Assembly (NCBI GenBank): GCA_963843385.1 | Contig: CAWJJY010000003.1 | Span: 576,014-640,013, forward strand | From: an uncultured Acidobacteriota bacterium | GTDB lineage: Bacteria; Acidobacteriota; Vicinamibacteria; Vicinamibacterales; JAKQTR01 | DNA: 64,000 nt | Reading direction: 5' to 3' | Made by a program: the position numbers and the translations under genes | The notes under the pieces: model-generated | Database searches by the model: none | What the model was told of the DNA's origin: nothing | Seen by the model: only the letters and a program-made list of their open reading frames with translations | Part shown: positions 27,620 to 38,688 of the stretch, piece after piece | Layout: every line of letters starts with the position of its first letter | Numbering within the stretch: the first letter of the stretch is position 1

Positions 27620-28666
27620 TTACTTCCAGCGGAAGACTCGAAGCGCAATGGTGAAGCAGACACCGGTCCACGCCGCGAGGATGAGGAGTTCGTGGCCGAC
27701 CGCGGGGAGCGATGCGCCATCGAGCATCACGGCACGGAACGCGTCGATGAGCGCCGTGAGCGGCAGGGCGTGGATGAACGGCTGGGTGGATTCCGGGAAA
27801 TGCGCGGACGAGAAAAACACCCCCGAGAGCACCCACATGGGGAGCATGACGAAGTTCATCCAGCCGGACACGGCCTCGATCGTCCGGGCGCGGCTCGCAA
27901 CCAGAAGGCCGACCCCGCCGAAGGCAAACGCGCCCACCAGCGCCACCGACCCCAGCGTGACGATCGAGCCTCGCACGGGCACCGAGAACACGAGGCGCGC
28001 GAAGATCAGCAGCGCCGACACCTCGACGACGAGAAAGACCATGCGGGCGAGGATCTGGGCGACCAGGAAATGCGCGCGGGACATCGGCGTGGCGGCCAGG
28101 CGCTTCAGCAGCTTCTTCGTGCGCGCCCACACGATCCCGTAGCCGACGCCCCAGAGGCCCGTGCCCATGATATTCATGCCGAGCAGGCCCGGGATCAACC
28201 AGTCGATGTACCGCGCGCCGATGACCTGCAGCTTCTGCTCGCCGGCGGTGAACCGGTCGGCGCGGCCCGCTGCCTGCTGCAGCGCGCTGTCGACCACCAG
28301 GCGCGCCAGGCGGCTCTCGGGCCTGGTCGGATCGAAACGATAGGTTGGAGGCGACCCGGGCAACACCACGACCTGCACCTTGCCGTCGCGCAGCAGCAGA
28401 TCGCTTTGGTCGAACGGCACCGGCTGGGCCTTCACGCCGGGCGCGGCATTCAACGCCGCGACGATCTCAGCGCTCCCGGGTCCCTCGATGACGCCCGCAA
28501 ACACCGGGTCGTCGGTCTTGGCGCGAAACGCGATGCCCAGCGCAAAGGCCATCACGATCGGGAAGACGATGACCCAGAAGACGGCCTCGGGCTCGCGCAC
28601 GAATTCCCGCAGGCGCGCCAGCGTCAGTTCGAGCAGCGGGTGATACGCCTGGCCGCGGTCGGTCAT
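27620..28666 (-). CDS. ABC-2 type transporter permease
   Basis: One N-terminal TM, a large loop, then 5 C-terminal TMs. It lies downstream of the ATPase gene. Confidence 0.8.
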   Translation of the reverse strand: MTDRGQAYHPLLELTLARLREFVREPEAVFWVIVFPIVMAFALGIAFRAKTDDPVFAGVIEGPGSAEIVAALNAAPGVKAQPVPFDQSDLLLRDGKVQVVVLPGSPPTYRFDPTRPESRLARLVVDSALQQAAGRADRFTAGEQKLQVIGARYIDWLIPGLLGMNIMGTGLWGVGYGIVWARTKKLLKRLAATPMSRAHFLVAQILARMVFLVVEVSALLIFARLVFSVPVRGSIVTLGSVALVGAFAFGGVGLLVASRARTIEAVSGWMNFVMLPMWVLSGVFFSSAHFPESTQPFIHALPLTALIDAFRAVMLDGASLPAVGHELLILAAWTGVCFTIALRVFRWK

Positions 28667-28689
28667 CGCCCTGGTCCCGTCATCGTCAT

Positions 28690-29634
28690 CTACTCATCGC
28701 GCAGGTGACGTCCCGTGTGGGCCACGAACACGTCCTCGAGGGTGGCATGGTGCGTGGCCATCTGCGACATGTGAAGGTGATGCCGCTCGAGCTCCGCCAG
28801 CAGCGCCGGCATCACACTGTGCAGTTCGGACACGCGCAGGCTCATCATGCCGTCGGCGAAGCTCGCCTCCTTGACGCCTGGCAACTGCTTCAGCCGCTCG
28901 AGCGGCACCTCTGCCCCGTGATCGATGGAGATTTCGATCACGTGCTCGGCGCCGAGCGAGGCGACGAGCTCCCGTGGCGTCCCCATCGCGATCAGGCGCC
29001 CATGGTCCACGATCGCCACACGGTCGCACAGTGTCTCCGCCTCCTCCATGTAGTGCGTCGTCAGGAGAATGGTGCCGCCCTTTGCGCGGAAGCGCTCGAG
29101 CAGCGTCCAGAGCTGCCGGCGCGACTGCGGGTCGAGGCCGGTGGTCGGCTCGTCGAGGAACAGGAGGTCCGGCTCGTTCACGAGGGCGCACGCGACAGCC
29201 AGGCGCTGCCGCTGGCCGCCCGACAGCTTGCTCACCCAGCTCCCGCGCTTGCTCTCCAGCTCGACCATCCCCAGCACGGCGTCCACCGAGGGGCCCCGGA
29301 GGTAAAACGACCGGAACAGCCGGACGACTTCCCCGACCGTCAGTTTCTCGTTGAGCTGCGTTTCCTGGAGCTGGATGCCGAGCCGCTGCCGCAGCGCCTG
29401 GTCGTGTGCGCCCCACCGCAGGCCGAGCACTTCGACATCCCCGGCGTCCTGCTCGATCAGGCCCTCGAAGATCTCGATGGTGGTCGTCTTGCCGGCGCCG
29501 TTCGGCCCCAGGAGGCCAAAGCACTCGCCGGAACGCACGTCGAGATCGAGGCCGTCCACCGCCTGCACGTCGCCGTACCTCTTGCGCAGGCCACGACAGA
29601 GGACGGCGTGGTGCACGGGGATTGACGCGCCCAT
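28690..29634 (-). CDS. ABC transporter ATP-binding protein
   Basis: Walker [10 protein letters not shown], signature LSGGQRQRL, Walker [14 protein letters not shown] prefer the ATG at 29634 (CACAAT box 6 nt upstream) to the TTG at 29652. Confidence 0.9.
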   Translation of the reverse strand: MGASIPVHHAVLCRGLRKRYGDVQAVDGLDLDVRSGECFGLLGPNGAGKTTTIEIFEGLIEQDAGDVEVLGLRWGAHDQALRQRLGIQLQETQLNEKLTVGEVVRLFRSFYLRGPSVDAVLGMVELESKRGSWVSKLSGGQRQRLAVACALVNEPDLLFLDEPTTGLDPQSRRQLWTLLERFRAKGGTILLTTHYMEEAETLCDRVAIVDHGRLIAMGTPRELVASLGAEHVIEISIDHGAEVPLERLKQLPGVKEASFADGMMSLRVSELHSVMPALLAELERHHLHMSQMATHHATLEDVFVAHTGRHLRDE

Positions 29635-29751
29635 CCCGAGATTGTGGCACAACCTGGCGCCGCCCGTGAGCGCCCGGGCAACAGGCTCGCGCCCGTCCTT
29701 GTGTTATTCTTCGCAGATCAAACCCCACCTCAGCTGTCTCGGAGGACGACC

Positions 29752-31062
29752 GTGACTGACACGAAGATCACTTTGCCCGAATCAGCGATTCCGACGCACT
29801 TCTACAACATTGCGCCGGACCTGCCGACGCCTCTGCCCCCGCCGCTCAACCCGGGAACGCGTCAACCCATCGGGCCCGAGGCGCTCGCGCCCATCTTCCC
29901 CATGGGCCTCATCGCCCAGGAGGTGTCGCAGGAGCCGATGATCGCCATCCCGGACGAGGTGCGCCAGATCTACCGCCTCTACCGGCCCAGTCCGATGTTC
30001 CGGGCCCGGGCCTTCGAAGAGGCGCTCGACACCCCGGCGCACATCTACTACAAGTCGGAGCACGTCAGCCCGGTCGGCAGCCACAAGCTGAACACGGCGA
30101 TCATGCAGGCCTACGTCAACAAGCAGGAGGGTGTGAAGCGCATCGCCACCGAGACCGGCGCCGGCCAGTGGGGCAGCGCCATGGCCTGCGCGTGCAGGCT
30201 GATCGGCCTCGAGTGCATGGTGTACATGGTCCGCGTCAGCTATGACCAGAAGCCGTACCGGCGGGTGATGATGAAAACCTACGGCGCGGACGTGGTCGCC
30301 AGCCCGTCGAACCTGACGCAGGCGGGCCGGAACGTGCTCGCCGCCACCCCCGATTCACCGGGCAGCCTGGGGATTGCGATCTCGGAGGCCGTCGAGGACG
30401 CCGCGAAACGCGACGACACGAAGTACTCGCTCGGCAGCGTGCTGAACCACGTGCTGCTGCACCAGACGATCATCGGCCAGGAAGCCAAGCAGCAGATGGA
30501 ACTGGCAGGCGAGTATCCCGACATCCTGATCGCCTGCCATGGCGGCGGCAGCAACTTCGCCGGCTTCACGTTCCCGTTCCTCAAGGACAAGCTCAAGGGC
30601 GGCCGCACGAAGCTGCGCGCGATCGCGGTCGAGCCGGCGGCGTGCCCCAGCCTGACGGCCGGGAAGCACGAATACGACTTCGGTGACACCGCGGGGACGA
30701 CTCCCCTGCTGATGATGCACACGCTCGGGCACACCTTCATGCCGGCACCGGTGCACGCGGGCGGGCTGCGGTACCACGGGTCGGCGCCGCTCGTCAGCCA
30801 CCTGCTGGCCGCCGGCGTGATCGAAGCCGAGGCGTATCACCAGGGCGAGGTCTTCGAGAGCGCCATCCGGTTCGCGCGGTGCGAGGGCACCATCCCCGCT
30901 CCCGAATCGGCGCACGCCATTCACAGCGTCATCCAGCACGCGCTGGCGGCGAAGAAGTCCGGCGAGAAGAAGGTCATCGTCTTCAACCTGTCCGGACACG
31001 GCGTATTCGACCTCGGCGCGTACGAGTCGTACTTGTCGGGCAAGATGGATCCAAACGCGTAG
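29752..31062 (+). CDS. trpB: TrpB2-type tryptophan synthase beta-like PLP enzyme
   Basis: GTG start with GGAGGA SD. It has the long TrpB2 N-terminus ([13 protein letters not shown]), the PLP lysine motif GSHKLNTA, and ETGAGQWG. Confidence 0.85.
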   Translation: MTDTKITLPESAIPTHFYNIAPDLPTPLPPPLNPGTRQPIGPEALAPIFPMGLIAQEVSQEPMIAIPDEVRQIYRLYRPSPMFRARAFEEALDTPAHIYYKSEHVSPVGSHKLNTAIMQAYVNKQEGVKRIATETGAGQWGSAMACACRLIGLECMVYMVRVSYDQKPYRRVMMKTYGADVVASPSNLTQAGRNVLAATPDSPGSLGIAISEAVEDAAKRDDTKYSLGSVLNHVLLHQTIIGQEAKQQMELAGEYPDILIACHGGGSNFAGFTFPFLKDKLKGGRTKLRAIAVEPAACPSLTAGKHEYDFGDTAGTTPLLMMHTLGHTFMPAPVHAGGLRYHGSAPLVSHLLAAGVIEAEAYHQGEVFESAIRFARCEGTIPAPESAHAIHSVIQHALAAKKSGEKKVIVFNLSGHGVFDLGAYESYLSGKMDPNA

Positions 31063-31079
31063 CGCACGCCGGCCCGTCC

Positions 31080-32135
31080 ATGCTCCGTCGAACCGACGAC
31101 CTTCGCATCCGTGATGTTCGCCCGCTGATCTCCCCGGCGATCCTGCTGGAAGAGGTGCCCATCAGCGAGCGGGCGTCCAACACCGTCGCCGACGCCCGGA
31201 CGGCGGTGACCGATATCGTGCTTGGCAGGGACCCGCGCCTCGCCGTGGTCGTGGGCCCCTGCTCGATTCACGACACGGTCGCCGCCCTCGAGTATGCGAA
31301 ACGGCTGCGCGATTGCATCGAGCGTCACTCCACCAGCCTCGTCGTGGTGATGCGCGCGTATTTCGAGAAGCCTCGCACGGTGGTGGGTTGGAAGGGGCTC
31401 ATCAACGACCCGGACCTCGACGAGAGCTACCACATCAACAAGGGCCTGAGGCTCGCGCGCACATTGCTGCTCGAGATCAACGAGATCGGCGTGCCGACCG
31501 GGTCGGAGTTCCTCGACACGCAGATTCCCCAGCACGTCGCCGATTTGACCTCGTGGGTTGCCATCGGCGCGCGGACAGCCGAGAGCCAGGTCCACAGGGA
31601 GCTGGCATCAGGCCTCTCGATGCCGGTCGGTTTCAAGAACGGCACCGACGGCGACACGCAGGTGGCGGTCGACGGCGTCCTCACGGCGCGAGCGCAGCAC
31701 TGGTTCCCAGGCGTGACCAAGCAGGGCGTGGCCGCGATCCTGCAGACCTCTGGCAACGATTCGTGCCACGTCATCCTGCGCGGCGGGACCCGGACCGGCC
31801 CGAATTACCAGGCCGACCAGATCGCGGCGGTCTGCGACAAGCTGGCCGCCGAAGGCCTGCCCGATCGCGTGATGGTCGACTGCTCGCACGGCAACAGCCG
31901 GCGGGACTTCAGAGTACAGCGTGAGGTGGCGTCAGATCTGGCCCGGCAAATCACGGCCGGGTCGCAGCGGATCTTCGGGATCATGCTGGAGAGCAACCTG
32001 GTCGAGGGCCGCCAGGACTACGAGCCCGGGCGGCCGACGACCTACGGCCAGAGCATCACCGACGCCTGCATCTCCATCGAAGAGACCGAAGCCATCCTCG
32101 AGCGGCTCGCGCAGGCTCAGCAGGCGCGCGGGTAG
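31080..32135 (+). CDS. Class I (AroF/G/H-type) 3-deoxy-7-phosphoheptulonate (DAHP) synthase
   Basis: GPCSIHD, EKPRTVVGWKGLINDP and VMVDCSHGNS. It starts 17 nt after trpB2. Confidence 0.9.
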   Translation: MLRRTDDLRIRDVRPLISPAILLEEVPISERASNTVADARTAVTDIVLGRDPRLAVVVGPCSIHDTVAALEYAKRLRDCIERHSTSLVVVMRAYFEKPRTVVGWKGLINDPDLDESYHINKGLRLARTLLLEINEIGVPTGSEFLDTQIPQHVADLTSWVAIGARTAESQVHRELASGLSMPVGFKNGTDGDTQVAVDGVLTARAQHWFPGVTKQGVAAILQTSGNDSCHVILRGGTRTGPNYQADQIAAVCDKLAAEGLPDRVMVDCSHGNSRRDFRVQREVASDLARQITAGSQRIFGIMLESNLVEGRQDYEPGRPTTYGQSITDACISIEETEAILERLAQAQQARG

Positions 32136-32136
32136 T

Positions 32137-32697
32137 CTATCGAGGCCAGAGCCAGCCGAAGGTACCGGCCGTCAGGAGAGCGTAGATCAGCCCATCGACC
32201 ATCGACTTGAGAGTCGTGCCCCAGTTCTTCCTGAACCAGATCGAATCCTGCGCCAGCGCGAGGGCGTAGCCCATGAACGCCGTCGTCCCGACGAACCGGA
32301 ACACTGAGAGGTAGTTGGCGCCTGCGTCGACGGCCCGGCTGGTCACGTAGCCGGCGAAGAAGTTCACGATGACGCAGTAGACGAACCACTGCGCGAGGGC
32401 CGGCCCCATCTTCGGTTCCGCTCCAGGCGAAATCGTCATCAGCACCAGCGGTCCCTTCTTCATCCGCTCGACAAACGCGGGGTCCTTCATGCCCGCCATC
32501 GAGCCAGGAAGCGGCGCGCCGTAGTCACCGGGCGGGATGTTGAACTGGCGCAGGGCGTCCAGGACTTCGGTTTCCTTCGGAAGCTTCCGGAGATCGTTCC
32601 GGTGGATTGGCAGCACCATGTGCAGGATGGAGCTGGCCACGAAGACGATCACGGCCGACAGCAGGATCGGGACCCAGAGCGACATCAGCGATACCAT
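32137..32697 (-). CDS. Hypothetical membrane protein
   Basis: GGAGG SD and ATG at 32697, with 4 TM segments. The listed upstream extension is not protein-like. Confidence 0.6.
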   Translation of the reverse strand: MVSLMSLWVPILLSAVIVFVASSILHMVLPIHRNDLRKLPKETEVLDALRQFNIPPGDYGAPLPGSMAGMKDPAFVERMKKGPLVLMTISPGAEPKMGPALAQWFVYCVIVNFFAGYVTSRAVDAGANYLSVFRFVGTTAFMGYALALAQDSIWFRKNWGTTLKSMVDGLIYALLTAGTFGWLWPR

Positions 32698-32957
32698 GCG
32701 TGCCTCCAGAGTTCCTGACGAAGAGCCGGGGGATCGGGTCGACGTGAACTGATTCAGAAATCCTACGGCGATGGAAGGCCTTTTCGCAAGGCGATTCGGA
32801 GCGCTCGGGGGGCGGGAGGCCCGCCGGGGCACACATCCGGGCGGTTTTTGCGCCCGGGAACGGGAAATTGGGCGGCCGAAATCCCCGGGATGTACGGCAT
32901 GATCGGGGATGCGATAATCATAGGTTTCTTGTGACTTGCTGGCGTCAACGCGGTGTG

Positions 32958-34109
32958 ATGATCATGCGATTTCCGTCTCTGTCCCTCGTGCTCGTTCTTG
33001 CCTTCGGAGCAGCGTCTGCTCCTCCCGTTTCTGCCCAGGCCGTCCCGTCGTCGATTGACGACCAGGCGCGATTGCTGGCCGGCCTTCCGGTTGCGCCGGA
33101 CTCGCCGCTGGTCGCGCTCGAGTCGTCTGCAGAGGTGAAGGCCCACGGCGCAGATCTCGAGAAGTCGTGGGTCGCGCTCAAGGCCAACCTGCTCGACAAG
33201 ATGCACGAGTGGTCGAACTCGGAGCTGTCGGGCCGGATCAACCCGGCGGCACCGCTCTACTACGTCTTCGGCGGACCGGACTTTCTGATGGCCAACGTCA
33301 TGTTCCCGTCGGCGCCGGTCTACGTGCTGACCGGCCTCGAGCCGGTCGGCCGCGTGCCGGCGCTCGAGACGCTCAAGCCCGACGCGCTGGCGCTCGGCCT
33401 GAAGAACCTGCGCGACTCGATGGCCACGATCGAGACCAAGAGCTATTTCATCACGTCGTACATGGCGCGCGATTTCCAGCGGACCGAGCTGAAGGGCGTC
33501 ATGCCGGTGCTCTACCTGTTCCTGGCGCGCACGGACAATCGGCTGGTCGAAAGCGATCTCATCTACCTCGACGCCGCGGGACAGGTCACTCCGGCACCAC
33601 ATTCGCCTCTGCCGCCCGACGCAGTGCCCGGCATCAAGATCGTCTTCCGGCACGACGGGCGCACCGACCTGCAGACGCTCTATTACCTCAGCATCGACCT
33701 CAGTCCGGCCGCGCTCGCGAAGAAGCCGGGATTCTTCCCGTTCCTGGCCGGCATCAAGGGCGCAACCGCGTATCTCAAGGCCGCATCCTTCATCCTGCAC
33801 AACCGGACGTTCTCCGCCACGCGGGACTTCCTGCTCGAGCACAGCGCGGCGATTCTGCAGGACGACTCCGGCATCCCGTTCCGGTCGTTCTCGAAAGCGA
33901 AGTGGGACTTCACGTTCTTCGGCATCTACAACCCCGCGACGTGGATCCCGGAGTTCAAGTGGGTGGCTCAGCCTGAGCTGCGGGCGGCCTTCGACGAGGT
34001 CACCCCGGTGAAGCCGCTGCCGTTCAAGACGGGCTATTCCAAGGCGGACAAGTCGAACCTGATGCTGGCGGTGTCAAAGAAGGCCGCATCCACAGGCAGC
34101 AATCACTGA
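32958..34109 (+). CDS. Hypothetical secreted protein
   Basis: Signal peptide MIMRFPSLSLVLVLAFGAASAPPVSAQA. I recognise no family. Confidence 0.6.
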   Translation: MIMRFPSLSLVLVLAFGAASAPPVSAQAVPSSIDDQARLLAGLPVAPDSPLVALESSAEVKAHGADLEKSWVALKANLLDKMHEWSNSELSGRINPAAPLYYVFGGPDFLMANVMFPSAPVYVLTGLEPVGRVPALETLKPDALALGLKNLRDSMATIETKSYFITSYMARDFQRTELKGVMPVLYLFLARTDNRLVESDLIYLDAAGQVTPAPHSPLPPDAVPGIKIVFRHDGRTDLQTLYYLSIDLSPAALAKKPGFFPFLAGIKGATAYLKAASFILHNRTFSATRDFLLEHSAAILQDDSGIPFRSFSKAKWDFTFFGIYNPATWIPEFKWVAQPELRAAFDEVTPVKPLPFKTGYSKADKSNLMLAVSKKAASTGSNH

Positions 34110-34220
34110 CGGGACCGACACCATGAGTTCAGGTCGCGCGCGCGCCTTACTCCTGCGGGCGGGTGATCTGTAGCATGGAGGCCCCGTCACACCCTGCGCG
34201 CGGCGCGCCGGCCGAGGCAG

Positions 34221-35219
34221 GTGTGCTCCGTACGGCTGCTGGGTGAGATCTGGACGCACCTCCCGATCTGGTTCGTCTTCGTCGGCAGCCTGAGCCTGCA
34301 TCACATCGTGGTCGGCGTGATCGACCCATCCCGATACGCCGCGCTCGGGCACTCCACTCCCGCCTTCGCCCTCACGGCGCTGGCACCCGTTGCGTGCGTC
34401 ATCATTTACTATGCAGCCCGAATCGGCGCCCTGTCAGCGACAGGGTCTGGAGCGCCGGCGCTGCGAGCGCTCCCGGCGCTTTTTCTCCTGCCATTCCTCG
34501 TCGAGTGGGCAGTGTATTCGCGGGTTCCGTCGCTGCGTGCAGGGGCGTCCGAGAACACGCTTCGACTCGTGTTCGAGTACAGCCAGTTCGCCTGGTGTCT
34601 GGCCCTCGCGGCCCACGCATATCTCACGCGCGGCTCGCGCGCGCTCATCGCCTTCTTCGTGATCGGGCTGGTTTACGGCGTCATGCTCGAGAACACGGGC
34701 ATCACGCTGGGCTTTTTCAGCGAACTCCGCTACGACTGGTACCTTCCCCGACTGCCGGCCCCGCTGGCCACCATGCTTGGCTGGAGCATGATCGCGTATT
34801 GCGGTGTCTGGATCGCCGGGGCGTTCGGCCGGTTCTTTCCGTGGCTTGGGAGCACGCCGATGCGATTGGCAGCGGTCGCCTCCGTCGTGGCGCTCTGCGT
34901 TGACGTGCAGCTCGATCCGGTGGCGAGCCTCGACGGTGTCTACTGGAAGTGGAACAGCCTGCTGCCACGCTGGTTCCTGTCGGTGCCGTTCTGCAACTTC
35001 GCCGCGTGGATTGGCGCGTATCCACTGTTTGCCTGGGCGTACTTCTCGCTCCAACGCGTGAAAGACCTGACGGAGGACCAGCGAAACTGGCGGCTCCTCG
35101 CGCGCGTTCCCGTGTTGGCCGTCGCAGGGGGCCTGATCTGGCTCGCCTTGATGACGGTCTACGAAGTCGGAACCTCGGGCCCGACCTACCAGATCCTCGG
35201 CGAGTACTTCGGTCTGTAG
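34221..35219 (+). CDS. Polytopic membrane protein, possibly DUF422/carotenoid-biosynthesis-protein-like
   Basis: About 8 TM helices. The ENTGITLGFFSELRY segment loosely recalls PF04240 proteins. The functional call is weak. Confidence 0.5.
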   Translation: MCSVRLLGEIWTHLPIWFVFVGSLSLHHIVVGVIDPSRYAALGHSTPAFALTALAPVACVIIYYAARIGALSATGSGAPALRALPALFLLPFLVEWAVYSRVPSLRAGASENTLRLVFEYSQFAWCLALAAHAYLTRGSRALIAFFVIGLVYGVMLENTGITLGFFSELRYDWYLPRLPAPLATMLGWSMIAYCGVWIAGAFGRFFPWLGSTPMRLAAVASVVALCVDVQLDPVASLDGVYWKWNSLLPRWFLSVPFCNFAAWIGAYPLFAWAYFSLQRVKDLTEDQRNWRLLARVPVLAVAGGLIWLALMTVYEVGTSGPTYQILGEYFGL

Positions 35220-35271
35220 CGCGTGGCCGAGGCTCTGACCCGGGAACCCCGCAGGTCTCCGGCGGCGCTCG

Positions 35272-38200
35272 CTACTTCTTCACCGGCGCGCTTCCATCCC
35301 GCTTGACCGGATACGGCGGCGGAGGCGGAAGGGTGCCTGGCTGCTTCTTCAGCAGATCGACGATGACCGAAATGGCTTTGTCGAGCTGCTGGTCCTCGCC
35401 GGCATACTCCTTGGCCGGATCGTTGTCGACGTAGATGTCGGGCTCGACACCCACTCCTTCGATTACCCATGACTTGCCGGCCACGTCGTACCGTGAGAAC
35501 TCGGGCTTGTTGAGGTAGCCGCCGTCGAGGAACGGCAGCGTGCCGCGGATGCCGACCACCCCGCCCCAAGTGCGCTTGCCGATGACCGGCCCGATCTTGT
35601 GGGCCTTGAAGCGCCACGTCACCAGGTCGCCATCGGAGGCCGAGAACTCGTCGGCCAGCAGCACCTTCGGCCCCACGATCATGGCCCCCGGGTTGGTCTG
35701 CGGCGTACCGTTCCGGGCGATATCCACCAGGACCAGTTCCCGCCTGAGCCGCTCGATGATCATCGGCGACACGTTGCCGCCGCCGTTGCTCCGCACGTCG
35801 ACGATGAGCGCGTCCTTGTTGGTCTGGGGATAGAAGTACTTCGCGAACTCGTTCAGGCCGGGCACACCCATGTCCGGGACGTGCACGTACCCTACGCGCC
35901 CGTTGGTCGCCCTGGTCACCTTCGCCAGGTTGTCCTGCACCCAGTTGAAGTAGTACAGGCCCCGCTCGTCCTCCACCGGCACGACCACCGTGTCGCGCGC
36001 GCCCTGCAGCGACGGCGTCCCGTTGACCTTGAGGGTGACCTGCTTGCCGGCCCTGCCGACCAGGGCTTCCCAGATGTCGGTCAGCCCCGCGGTCGATCGA
36101 CCATCGACCGCGACGATGAACTCGCCTTCCTTCACGTTGACGCCAATCTCGGTCAGCGGCGATCGGAGCGCCGGATCCCAGTTCCGGCCCGACAGGATCT
36201 TCGCGATCTTGAAGAACTTCGACTGGGCGTCGCGCTCGAGGCGGGCACCGAGCAGGCCCGTCGGGATGCGCGGCGCCTGCGGCATGTCGCCGCCGCCGAC
36301 GTAGGTGTGGCCGGAGGTCAGCTCGCCGATCATCTCGCCGATGATGTAGGTCAGGTCGGCCCGGTGATTGACGTAGTCGACCAAGGGCGCGTACTTCGCG
36401 CGCATGGCCGGCCAGTCGACCCCGTGCATGTTCGGCGCGTAGAAGAAGTCGCGCATCTGCCGCCACGACTCGTTGAAAATCTGCCGCCACTCGGCATGAT
36501 GATCGACGGTGACCTTCATGTCGGACAGGTCGAGGAAGTCGCGCAGCTCGACCCGCGCCGACGGCGTATCGATGATCGCGTAGCGCCCGGTGGCTGAGAC
36601 GAGCATCTTCTTCCCGTCGGCCGAGATCTCGTAGCCCGCCCCTCCGGTCAGCAACTGCGTCTCGGCCTGCTTGTCGAAGTCGAACACATACAGCGCGGCC
36701 GCGTCACGGGCGCTGGCCCTGCCGTAGTAGATTCGATTGCCGACCGAGTGCAGGCCCCGGTAGTTGGCGGCGGGACCGGGCAGCGCGACGACGCGCGAGA
36801 CGATCCCGTCGAGGTCGACCTTCACCACGGGAGGCCCGTCCTTCTTGGGCTCCTCCTTCTTCGCCTCTTCCTTCACGGCGTCGGCAGGCTTGATCTCGGC
36901 GATCTGGGGCTTGGCCGCCATGCCGGCCGGCTTCACCCCGGCAGGCGACGAGGGCTTGGCCGCGGGCGCCGGCGCCTTGGCGTCCGAGGGCATCGGCGGC
37001 TTCACCTCTTCCTTGATCTTGACTTCGTCGCTGCGCGGCGCGAGCGGGCTCTTCGTCTCCTTTGCCAGGGTGACGAAGTAGATCTTCGACATGTCGGTGT
37101 AGATGTGCTGGAACTCGGTCTGCCCGTAGGTCGGGTTGAACGATCGCGCCGACACGAAATACAGCAGCTTGCCGTCGCTGCTGAATTCCGGGTTGAACAC
37201 GGGGAACCAGCCGTCGGTCACGGGGGTCGGCTGCTTTGATTCGACCGAATACACGAAGATTCGCCCCATGCCCTCGTCTTCGGGGAGCGAGTAGGCGACC
37301 CACTTGCTGTCGGGTGACCAGGCATAGTCGGTGATCTCGAACACCGGCGAACTCGCCACCGTCGTCACGAGCTTCGTGTCCGTGTCGACGAACTGCAGGC
37401 GCTGCTTGCGATCGGACCACAGAATCTTCTTGCTGTCGGGCGCCCAGATCGGCTGGTACTTGTAGTTGTCGCCGTTCTTCGTGACCTGGACCGCGTCGCC
37501 GCGACCGTCCTGGGGCGCGATCCAGATCTCGTCTTCCCCTGTCGCGTCGGAGATGTAGGAGATCCAGCGGCCGTCGGGCGACCACTTCGACCCGCGCTCG
37601 TGCGTCCCCGGCGTGCGGGTGAGGTTGCGCGTGGGCCCGTTCTTGGCCGGCACGGTGAACACCTCGCCGCGCGCACCGAAGAGCGCCCGGCTCCCGTCGG
37701 GCGCGATCTCGAAGTTGGTCACCGACCGGCTCACGTCCACGACGGCGGGCCGGCCGCTGTCGAAGTCCTCGGCAATGGTGATCGGGACGCGGGTCGACTT
37801 CTCGGTGCCCAGATCGAACCGGTAGATGTAGCCGCCGCACTCGAAGACGATCGCGTTGTCGCCGAGCGACGGGAACTTGATGTCGTAGTCGGTGAAGTCG
37901 GTCAGCTTCTTCGTCTGCTTGTTGCCCAGGTCGTAGCTGTAGAGGTTCATCCGGTAGGGCTGGTCGCGGTCGGACGCAAAGTAGATCTTGCTGCCCTTCC
38001 ACATCGGGATGATGTCCAGCGCCGGGTTGTTCGTGAGGTTCGTGGTCACCTTCGTCTTGAAGTCGTACAGCCACACATCGTCGGCCATCCCGCCGCGGTA
38101 GCGCTTCCACGTGCGGAACTCACGGAAGATGCGGTTGTACGCGATCTGCGATCCGTCTGGCGAGAACGACCCGAACCCTCCGCGCGGGAACGGCAGCTCC

Positions 38201-38688
38201 TCCAGCGGGCCGCCGTTGACGCCGGCCAGGTAGAGTTTGCCCAGGAAGTCGTTCCATTCGGTTCGCCGGGACCGGAAGAGCACGTGCGCGTCGTCCTTCC
38301 AGCCCATCACGATGTTGTTCGGCCCCATCCGGTCCGACACATCGTCCCGGCCGAGCGTCGCCGTCCAGGTCAGGCGCTTGGGGACGCCGCCCTGCGACGG
38401 CATCAGGTAGACCTCCGTGTTGCCGTCGTACTGGCCGGTGAAGGCGAGCCACTTCCCGTCGGGCGAGAAGCGGGCAAACGTCTCGAAGCCGACGTCACTG
38501 GTCAGCCGGCGCGCGACGCCCCCGGTCGATCCGACCGCGTAGAGGTCGCCGGCATAGGTGAAGACGATCTGGCTGCCGTGAATCGCCGGAAAGCGAAGCA
38601 GGCGCGACTCCTGCTCCTGTGCGCGAGGGCCGATAATCCCGGCCGTGAAGACGACGAAGGCCGCGGCGACAAACAGTGTTCTTCTCAT
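35272..38688 (-). CDS. Tricorn protease homologue (S41B), secreted
   Basis: Signal peptide. TolB-like beta-propeller repeats (FSPDGKWLAF..), a PDZ/S41 core with DVRSNGGGNV, and the ADEFSASDGD serine motif. The start is set at MRRTLF. Confidence 0.9.
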   Translation of the reverse strand: MRRTLFVAAAFVVFTAGIIGPRAQEQESRLLRFPAIHGSQIVFTYAGDLYAVGSTGGVARRLTSDVGFETFARFSPDGKWLAFTGQYDGNTEVYLMPSQGGVPKRLTWTATLGRDDVSDRMGPNNIVMGWKDDAHVLFRSRRTEWNDFLGKLYLAGVNGGPLEELPFPRGGFGSFSPDGSQIAYNRIFREFRTWKRYRGGMADDVWLYDFKTKVTTNLTNNPALDIIPMWKGSKIYFASDRDQPYRMNLYSYDLGNKQTKKLTDFTDYDIKFPSLGDNAIVFECGGYIYRFDLGTEKSTRVPITIAEDFDSGRPAVVDVSRSVTNFEIAPDGSRALFGARGEVFTVPAKNGPTRNLTRTPGTHERGSKWSPDGRWISYISDATGEDEIWIAPQDGRGDAVQVTKNGDNYKYQPIWAPDSKKILWSDRKQRLQFVDTDTKLVTTVASSPVFEITDYAWSPDSKWVAYSLPEDEGMGRIFVYSVESKQPTPVTDGWFPVFNPEFSSDGKLLYFVSARSFNPTYGQTEFQHIYTDMSKIYFVTLAKETKSPLAPRSDEVKIKEEVKPPMPSDAKAPAPAAKPSSPAGVKPAGMAAKPQIAEIKPADAVKEEAKKEEPKKDGPPVVKVDLDGIVSRVVALPGPAANYRGLHSVGNRIYYGRASARDAAALYVFDFDKQAETQLLTGGAGYEISADGKKMLVSATGRYAIIDTPSARVELRDFLDLSDMKVTVDHHAEWRQIFNESWRQMRDFFYAPNMHGVDWPAMRAKYAPLVDYVNHRADLTYIIGEMIGELTSGHTYVGGGDMPQAPRIPTGLLGARLERDAQSKFFKIAKILSGRNWDPALRSPLTEIGVNVKEGEFIVAVDGRSTAGLTDIWEALVGRAGKQVTLKVNGTPSLQGARDTVVVPVEDERGLYYFNWVQDNLAKVTRATNGRVGYVHVPDMGVPGLNEFAKYFYPQTNKDALIVDVRSNGGGNVSPMIIERLRRELVLVDIARNGTPQTNPGAMIVGPKVLLADEFSASDGDLVTWRFKAHKIGPVIGKRTWGGVVGIRGTLPFLDGGYLNKPEFSRYDVAGKSWVIEGVGVEPDIYVDNDPAKEYAGEDQQLDKAISVIVDLLKKQPGTLPPPPPYPVKRDGSAPVKK

